A stretch of DNA of 64,000 nt from an uncultured Methanosarcinales archaeon (GTDB taxonomy: Archaea; Nanobdellota; Nanobdellia; Woesearchaeales; ARS49). A model generated the notes under the pieces. The model was not told the DNA's origin. It was given only the letters and a program-made list of their open reading frames with translations, and did not search any database. Positions 57,916-64,000 of the stretch are shown here, piece by piece (within the stretch, counting starts at the first letter, position 1; every line of letters starts with the position of its first letter). The position numbers were made by a program, and so were the translations under genes. The stretch is taken from the NCBI GenBank assembly GCA_964354285.1, contig CAYGYR010000001.1, forward strand, positions 326,424 through 390,423, written 5' to 3'.

Positions 57916-58322
57916 ACAAACAGCCAAAACTGATAAAATGTTTATGAGTGTATTATTCTTAAGGTTTTTTCATTATCTAAGAATTTTACTTCAATTTTTT
58001 CTTTAATTTGGCCAAAGTGATGTAATCTTCTTGCTTACCTTGACCACCAGCGCATTTGGCTTCCAAAGCTGCGACCTCATTTTTAACAACTCTTAATCTT
58101 TTTTCAGTATCTTTCTTGCTTATTACCATATTTTAGCCTCCAAGAATGAAAATCTTTAAGATATTTATAAACATTTCTAAAAAGTAATCATTATTTTACA
58201 AAATTAGAAAAATAAATGGTATCATATCCATCTTCTTACTTTTTTCTTATATTCTAAATACTTTCTACCAAATCTCCTTTCAAGAGAGAAGAAGAAAAAT
58301 AAAAAAATAAAATAAAAAATTC

Positions 58323-59747
58323 TTATTTCATATACAGAGGCCTTGCTACAGTCGCTATCTGCGTTAATGGTGTGCCTGCTGTGGTCAGCTTTGGCGCGCA
58401 GTAGCTTTCATCAACAGCTAGCTTGCACTGGTCTTTTGGAGTCTTCTGATAGTATCCTGTCCTTACCTCGCAGCAGACATCAGGCACAGTCAGTGTTGGT
58501 AATGGCCTTGTCTGTAATTTTGGCATGCAGACATCTGCTGTTGTTGGGGTGCCGCCATTCTTCAAGCAAGTTCCACGAGCAATATTCTCAGGAGATTTTG
58601 CAGGCACATATGCAACAGTGGTTGTTGGCGTCGGGTATTTGCAGCAGGTAATATCACAATTCGCGTTATCTGCCCTCAATCCCTGGCTCTTTTTGCATGC
58701 ATCATATGTTGAGTACTCAAATTTCGTACCATACTGGCAGCAAACTCTCTCTGTATTCGGAACTTCTTTGCAAGCGTCTACTGCATCACATTTTCCCTGC
58801 CTTGATCTGCATGCATCGTCCTTCATTATTTGATTGTATGGCTGGCAGCAGCACTCTTTTGTTGCAGGAGCACAGTAATCCATACCAACAGGAGTCCCTC
58901 CTTTTTCCATGCATAAATCTGATGTTAGCACTTGCGGTGGGACTGGTGTAGGCATGTATGTCACAGCTGTCGGTGTTGGGAAACTGCAGCAGACTTTCTC
59001 CTGCTCTCTGCAAGCAGAAACATCAGCGCATTTTCCTTGTCTTGACCTGCACACATTCTCAGTCATTATTTGGTTATATGGTTGGCAGCAGCAGTCTTTT
59101 GGCTGCTCACAAGGCCCGCATGTCGGGCATCCTGGGCATGAACCGCACTCTGGCTTTGCAGGCTCACAAAAGACAGGTCTGCAAAATGAATATTTCTCAG
59201 CACACCTTTTGTACCCATCCAAACAGAGAAATTCCTGATGGAACATATTAAAGCAGATAGTGACAGCGCAATCTTCGCATCCTGCTGCATCCCTTGCAGG
59301 ATTCACTGGATCTGGCATTTTCATCTCGCAAGTTCCTGGCCTTCCTATTTCAAGCCCAGGCCTTAATGTCTGAGGTATCTCCCTGCATAATGATGAGTCA
59401 GTGCATCTTCCCTTGCGCTCCATGCAAGCTTTTTCATTCATTGAATAATACTTGTTATCAACAGCACAGCAGCATTCTGTTGGTTGCGTAGTGGTCTCTG
59501 TCGGCTTGAAAGCATCTGCTATTCTTCTAAAAATGCTTGGCTTTGGCAGTAATCTTTCACATTCATCTGATGTTGTGTACTGGATGCACTCTCGCATGCA
59601 TTCATCACGGCTTTTGCCTGCATCTAAACATCTCTTGACAATCTCTGCAGGAGACGGCGCTGTGGTTGCTGCTCCTGTTGTCTGCGCGTAAACAAACATG
59701 CTGCTAAACAAAATAAATAAAGCAAGAATTACTAATATCTTTTTCAT
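58323..59747 (-). CDS. secreted Cys-rich repeat protein
   Basis: Signal peptide MKKILVILALFILFSSMFVYA. At least two repeats of the CCCQPYNQIM...CRSRQGKC..AC module. About 12% Cys. Confidence 0.55.
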   Translation of the reverse strand: MKKILVILALFILFSSMFVYAQTTGAATTAPSPAEIVKRCLDAGKSRDECMRECIQYTTSDECERLLPKPSIFRRIADAFKPTETTTQPTECCCAVDNKYYSMNEKACMERKGRCTDSSLCREIPQTLRPGLEIGRPGTCEMKMPDPVNPARDAAGCEDCAVTICFNMFHQEFLCLDGYKRCAEKYSFCRPVFCEPAKPECGSCPGCPTCGPCEQPKDCCCQPYNQIMTENVCRSRQGKCADVSACREQEKVCCSFPTPTAVTYMPTPVPPQVLTSDLCMEKGGTPVGMDYCAPATKECCCQPYNQIMKDDACRSRQGKCDAVDACKEVPNTERVCCQYGTKFEYSTYDACKKSQGLRADNANCDITCCKYPTPTTTVAYVPAKSPENIARGTCLKNGGTPTTADVCMPKLQTRPLPTLTVPDVCCEVRTGYYQKTPKDQCKLAVDESYCAPKLTTAGTPLTQIATVARPLYMK

Positions 59748-59862
59748 TTAATTCACCCCTTCTTTTTTTTTGTTTTTTGATAGAAACTATCTGTAAAATC
59801 GCTTTAAGAATGAAAATACCATAACTATATTTAAACTTTACTGAAAACAATATGAAAAAAAA

Positions 59863-60140
59863 GTGGGCAGGCACATGAAGATCGACATAACACCCGCCTG
59901 AAGGTTGACCTTGAACTGTTCTCCATTCCGCGACCCTACAAGCATTGATAACAGCAGTTAGCGTTGCTTCCTTCCGGACCTGGCGCAGTTCCTACAGCAA
60001 CAATCCTGTAGGACAGAATTTCACCGTTGAGCTCAAGACCTTGCAAACAAGCATTAAGCCTTTCCTCATGCATACGCCCAGTCATGAAGCCGATTTACTG
60101 TGACAGGAGACGGCTAACCTCCCAGCATAGCCTGCCCAGG
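59863..60140 (-). ncRNA. ffs: SRP RNA (7S RNA)
   Basis: Minus strand reads CTGCGCCAGGTCCGGAAGGAAGCAACGC (helix-8 consensus GCCAGGCCCGGAAGGGAGCAAC). The 5' GGGCAGGC pairs with the 3' GCCTGCCC. An oligo-T terminator follows. A TTTTTAAA box sits upstream at 60153-60160. Confidence 0.7.
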
Positions 60141-60178
60141 ACAGATTAGGTAATTTGTGTTTAAAAAGGTTTCTATTT

Positions 60179-60270
60179 CTGAACTTTTGCATTTATATTT
60201 TCACTCTTCGAGCAAAAGTTCAGGTCACTAGACTTTTGCCCAGTTTTCTATATACCCCGCAAAAGTCTAG
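60179..60270. repeat. two adjacent perfect 12-bp-stem hairpins with core ACTTTTGC/GCAAAAGT
   Basis: Hairpin 1: CTGAACTTTTGC (60179-60190) / GCAAAAGTTCAG (60212-60223), loop ATTTATATTTTCACTCTTCGA. Hairpin 2: CTAGACTTTTGC (60228-60239) / GCAAAAGTCTAG (60259-60270), loop CCAGTTTTCTATATACCCC. Both loops contain A/T-rich TATA-like boxes. Confidence 0.55.
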
Positions 60271-60322
60271 TATTGTTTGCAGTATAGAAATCCATATTAA
60301 GATGCAAACTATGTAACACAAT

Positions 60323-61138
60323 ATGGAGTCAAAAATCTTGTTTCTCGGAACAGGCAGCGAGATAGCAGTCACAGGAAAACAAACAAGAGCATCAGGAGGA
60401 ATCATTATCAAAACAGAAGACTGCCAATTCCACATAGACCCTGGGCCAGGCGCCTTAGTGAGGGCAGCAATGCACGGCATAAATGTAAGAGAGCACACAG
60501 CAATATTTGTGAGCCACGAGCATACAGCGCACTGCAGCGACGTAAATGCACTTGTTTCTGCCATGACACTAAATGGGTTTGACAAGCACGGAGTTATTAT
60601 TGCAGCAGATTCATTTATGAAAAATAATCACCTGACAGAGTTCCACAAAAATTGCGTAGAAAAAATAATAGTCGCGAATCCAGGCAAAAAAATAGGCGTG
60701 GAAAGCGTAGAGATACACGCCCTGAAAACAAGCCACAATGACCAGAGCTGCATTGGCTTCAAGTTTTTCACACCAAAATTCGTCCTGGCATATACGTCTG
60801 ATACAAAATATGACAAAGACCTTATCGAGCAATACAAGAAATCAGACATACTAATCCTAAATGTTCCCTTCCCATTCAAAACAAAAGACCCCAAGACACT
60901 TAGCAGCGATGATGTTGTGAAAATCATCAACAAAGCCAGGCCAAAACTGGCAATAATAACACACTTCGGAAGCAAGATGCTTGCAACAAACCCGATATAT
61001 GAGGCAAGGGAGATACAGAAACAGACAAAGGTTCAGGTAATTGCAGCAGAAGACGGAATGGTGCTAGAGCCAACATCATACTCTGCTGGCATGAAGCAAA
61101 AGACACTAAATCTTTTTCCTTCTAAACAGAAAAAATAA
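60323..61138 (+). CDS. MBL-fold metallo-hydrolase (RNase Z/PhnP-like)
   Basis: LFLGTGSEIAV N-terminus. VSHEHTAHCSD His cluster. 271 aa. Confidence 0.5.
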   Translation: MESKILFLGTGSEIAVTGKQTRASGGIIIKTEDCQFHIDPGPGALVRAAMHGINVREHTAIFVSHEHTAHCSDVNALVSAMTLNGFDKHGVIIAADSFMKNNHLTEFHKNCVEKIIVANPGKKIGVESVEIHALKTSHNDQSCIGFKFFTPKFVLAYTSDTKYDKDLIEQYKKSDILILNVPFPFKTKDPKTLSSDDVVKIINKARPKLAIITHFGSKMLATNPIYEAREIQKQTKVQVIAAEDGMVLEPTSYSAGMKQKTLNLFPSKQKK

Positions 61139-62024
61139 GCTTCACAATAAGATAGCCCACAATGCAGCCGATTGTAAGGAATGGGATTGCAGGGTAGAAA
61201 TGCTTCTTTTTTCCGAGCAAAAGCAGTATAAGCAAGGCAAGTGAGATAACAAAAGGCATTATCAATGAAGGATAAAAACCAAAATTTTTCAGTACAACCC
61301 CTGAAAAGATAAGAGGAAAACCAATATCCCCCCCACCAAGTATTGCGGTCCTTACAGGCTCCATCTTTACTTTTTTTCTGGCCACAGAGATTGCAGGCAC
61401 TTTATATGGAATGAGCAGCCCTGCAAAAATCCCGCTTTTTGTCTGGAATTTTGCCATCGCTACCATGTGCTTTGATTTCCAGACAGCATACATATCATAC
61501 ACTGAGAGCACAAGCATCAGGGCAACAGCGGCAAACGTGTTCATTATCGGAACAAAAATAACTGCAAGGCCGCCATAAATGAAGAGTTCTGTAAAATTAT
61601 GCACAAATATGTTTGGCTTGAAAATTTTCATGAATGCAAACAGCAGCGCGAGAACAAAAGAGTACATGCTTGGAATGAATGCAGAGAAAGCAATGTGCAG
61701 GCAGACAAGCACGGCAATAAAAAACCAGAGCTTCCAAATAGTAATTCTTCCCAGCTTTATTATCAAAAGTATAAGCATGGTTCCAATCATAATGGCCCCA
61801 AGAATGTACAAAAACGATTTCTCAGGGGCAACCTCTGGCCTGGCAATAGAGACACCGCCAATACTAGGCAGCGGCTGCCAGCTTAGCTCGCCCGTTTCAG
61901 ATGTTTTTGCAACATCAACATACTTATTGATAATTATTAGCCCCAGTATCTGGGCACACAAGAAAAGAGTAACAAGAAACAAAGTCACTTTAAAGGTATG
62001 CTTCATGTCCACAAAAATTACCAA
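61122..62024 (-). CDS. presenilin/signal-peptide-peptidase family intramembrane aspartyl protease
   Basis: LVLSVYDMYAVW (YD motif; compare presenilin SVYDLVAV). LGGGDIGFPLIF (GxGD). YPAIPF (PAL-like). Polytopic. Confidence 0.65.
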   Translation of the reverse strand: MVIFVDMKHTFKVTLFLVTLFLCAQILGLIIINKYVDVAKTSETGELSWQPLPSIGGVSIARPEVAPEKSFLYILGAIMIGTMLILLIIKLGRITIWKLWFFIAVLVCLHIAFSAFIPSMYSFVLALLFAFMKIFKPNIFVHNFTELFIYGGLAVIFVPIMNTFAAVALMLVLSVYDMYAVWKSKHMVAMAKFQTKSGIFAGLLIPYKVPAISVARKKVKMEPVRTAILGGGDIGFPLIFSGVVLKNFGFYPSLIMPFVISLALLILLLLGKKKHFYPAIPFLTIGCIVGYLIVKLIFSV

Positions 62025-62059
62025 ATAATATATAAATATACCCTTTTTTAATTGGAGCT

Positions 62060-62512
62060 ATGAAGACAGTGAATAAAATTGTGATAACGGTATTTGCCAA
62101 AGAGGATGAAAATCAGGAAAAGATAAAGCAAGCACTAATATCTCTTGTTCCCCTTGACTTGGAAAAGGAAAAAATTGCGATACGACAGCAGACAGCAACT
62201 GGCTTCCAAGACAAGCAAATACGCGTGTTCAAGATAGAGCTGGAGAAAACAAGGCACGCAAACGAGTTTGCCAAGTTCCTTACAAGCAAGCTGACAAGCG
62301 AGCAAAAGGAATTATTGCTGCGGCAGGCAGAGTCAAGGCTTGATGAGGAGCTGAACTTTTTCATAAGGCTCGACAAAGACCGGCTGCTCGAAAGCAACGA
62401 ACTGTATATTACTGACAGCGGAAACTGCTACCACATAACGCTATCTATTGCTGCTTTCCCAAGCAAAAGAGAAAAAGCGCTTGAAACAATAGAAAAATTA
62501 TTAAAAGTATGA
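62060..62512 (+). CDS. hypothetical protein
   Basis: 150-aa ORF immediately upstream of trpS. Confidence 0.4.
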   Translation: MKTVNKIVITVFAKEDENQEKIKQALISLVPLDLEKEKIAIRQQTATGFQDKQIRVFKIELEKTRHANEFAKFLTSKLTSEQKELLLRQAESRLDEELNFFIRLDKDRLLESNELYITDSGNCYHITLSIAAFPSKREKALETIEKLLKV

Positions 62513-62528
62513 TGAAACGAAGAAGAAT

Positions 62529-63623
62529 ATGACAACAAACATAATAGATCCCTGGGGATCTGAACTGGCAGAGGATTATGACAAAATAGTCAAGAGCTTT
62601 GGTCTCGAAGTTTTTGATAGCTCCCTGTTTCCAGAGCCGAATAAGATAATGCGCAGGGGCGTTGTATTCTCAGGAAGAGACCTTAAGATAATTGCTGACT
62701 GCATCAAGAAGAAAAAGCCATACTATGCTCTTACAGGAATAATGCCAACAGGAGACAGGATACACATAGGCAACAAGATGGTCGTTGAAAACCTCAGATA
62801 CTTCCAGGAGCACGGCGCAGAAACATACATACTGATTGCAGACCTCGAGGCAGCAGCAACAAGAGGAGTCACACTTGAACAGGCACGAGAGAGGGCAATG
62901 GAGTTCCATGTTCCAGCTTATGTCGCGCTCGGCCTTGACCCTGAAAAAACAACATTCTATTTCCAATCTGAAAACAAAGAAGTAATGAATCTTGCATATG
63001 AGTTTGCAAAAAAGATAACCTTAAGCGAGTTCCAGGCAATATACGGCAATGCAGACCCAGGAAGAATCCTGGCAGCAGTGACCCAAGTCGGAGACATACT
63101 CTTCCCGCAATTAAAGAAGAAAATGCCAGGCATAATACCTGTCGGAATAGACCAGGACCCGCACATAAGATTGACAAGAGACATCGCCGCAAGAGTCAAA
63201 ACAAAATACGGGTTTATCCCACCTTCTGCAATCTACCACAAGTTCACTCCCAGCCTTGACGGCTCGATTAAAATGTCAAAATCAAGCCCTGCTGGAAACA
63301 TAGATTTGCCAGAAGAGATAAAAGAGGTATGCCAGAAGCTCAAGCGAGCAAAAACTGGCGGAAGAGACACTATTATTGAGCAGAAAAAAACAGGCGGCAT
63401 ACCTGAGAAATGCATGATATTTGAGATGCACAAGCAGCATCTGGTAGAGGATGATGCAGAATTAAGCAAGATATTCACTGACTGCAAAAACGGGGTGCTG
63501 ATGTGCAGCGATGACAAGCAAAAAGCATGCGACATTCTTACAGCATTCATGACTGACTTTAATGCAAAACTAAAAGAAGCAAAAAAGCACATGCACAAGC
63601 TGAACTTTATCAAATTCAAATAA
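62529..63623 (+). CDS. trpS: tryptophanyl-tRNA synthetase (archaeal/eukaryotic type)
   Basis: YALTGIMPTGDRIHIGN (HIGH-like). GIDQDPHIRLTRDIA (compare eukaryotic TrpRS AIDQDPYFRMTRDVA). IKMSKSSP (KMSKS). Confidence 0.8.
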   Translation: MTTNIIDPWGSELAEDYDKIVKSFGLEVFDSSLFPEPNKIMRRGVVFSGRDLKIIADCIKKKKPYYALTGIMPTGDRIHIGNKMVVENLRYFQEHGAETYILIADLEAAATRGVTLEQARERAMEFHVPAYVALGLDPEKTTFYFQSENKEVMNLAYEFAKKITLSEFQAIYGNADPGRILAAVTQVGDILFPQLKKKMPGIIPVGIDQDPHIRLTRDIAARVKTKYGFIPPSAIYHKFTPSLDGSIKMSKSSPAGNIDLPEEIKEVCQKLKRAKTGGRDTIIEQKKTGGIPEKCMIFEMHKQHLVEDDAELSKIFTDCKNGVLMCSDDKQKACDILTAFMTDFNAKLKEAKKHMHKLNFIKFK

Positions 63624-63731
63624 TTTCCTTTTTAAATAGAAAAGAATATAAAGACTATAATATAACTTAAAATCGAGGCAGGCAGACTATTTCTGCAAGT
63701 CTCAAAATCAAAATTTTGAGGTGACAGCACA

Positions 63732-63944
63732 ATGTCTATGGAAATAGCGCCACTAAACACGTCTTTCATGCTTGCAGGAATACTGGGGTTCATGATATCA
63801 GTGATATACCTGCCAAAATACTCACTTAACTTTGCCTTTGCATTCGGGCTCGTATTTTTCCTGATGATTGTTGCTGCACTGTTTTCAATGGCAAAAGGAA
63901 GCACAGGAGAAATGCAGCTTCACGAGAAACAAAAAATCAAATAA
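63732..63944 (+). CDS. small membrane protein (hypothetical)
   Basis: 70-aa ORF with two hydrophobic helices. Confidence 0.3.
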   Translation: MSMEIAPLNTSFMLAGILGFMISVIYLPKYSLNFAFAFGLVFFLMIVAALFSMAKGSTGEMQLHEKQKIK

Positions 63945-64000
63945 AAAGGTGGGAGGGTATAAGATGAAAAAAATATATTGCTTAATTTGCGCATTATTAG

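Noticed and set aside
60220-60585. 121-aa minus-strand ORF
   Set aside because: It overlaps the palindromic hairpin region and the 5' part of the plus-strand MBL gene. It has no start context. It is treated as spurious.
1-64000. CRISPR arrays and inteins
   Set aside because: There are no regularly spaced direct repeats with unique spacers anywhere. MCM, GyrA, PriS and LeuRS have normal lengths with contiguous motifs, so there is no intein insertion.

Overview
Archaeal chromosome segment. The organisation looks DPANN-like: a fused PriS-PriL primase, intron-containing tRNAs, Lys/Glu-rich tails on housekeeping proteins, and a gyrase. The core is the classic archaeal ribosomal-protein super-operon on the minus strand (L3-L4-L23-L2-S19-L22-S3-L29-SUI1-Rpp29-S17-L14-L24-S4e-L5-S14-S8-L6-L32e-L19e-L18-S5-L30-L15-SecY-DUF106). 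Adenylate kinase, which normally sits between secY and the DUF106 gene, is absent, and a duplicated fragment of the secY 3' end lies in that gap. A second plus-strand cluster carries S13-S4-S11-RpoD-[tRNA-Leu]-L18e-L13-S9-RpoN. Replication and repair genes: MCM, PCNA, a PriS-PriL(CTD) fusion primase, a small Toprim protein, GyrA, and a Hef helicase-nuclease. Transcription and translation genes: TBP (with four palindromic TATTTAAATA boxes upstream), LeuRS, TrpRS, NAC, Sec61beta and RNase J. Structural RNAs that the ORF track cannot show: RNase P RNA (about 46866-47210, +), SRP/7S RNA (about 59863-60140, -), and four tRNAs, three of them with introns. Leu-CAA carries an intron of about 50 nt. 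Accessory features include a free-standing LAGLIDADG endonuclease abutting tRNA-Gly, a recurring palindromic element family with core ACTTTTGC/GCAAAAGT, a tandem duplicated tRNA leader, Cys-rich secreted repeat proteins, a presenilin-like protease, an M50-like protein with a degenerate HExxH motif, a Ddl-like ATP-grasp protein and a large novel ATP-grasp-like ORF. No CRISPR array was found. Every call is made from motifs read by eye, with no database search.
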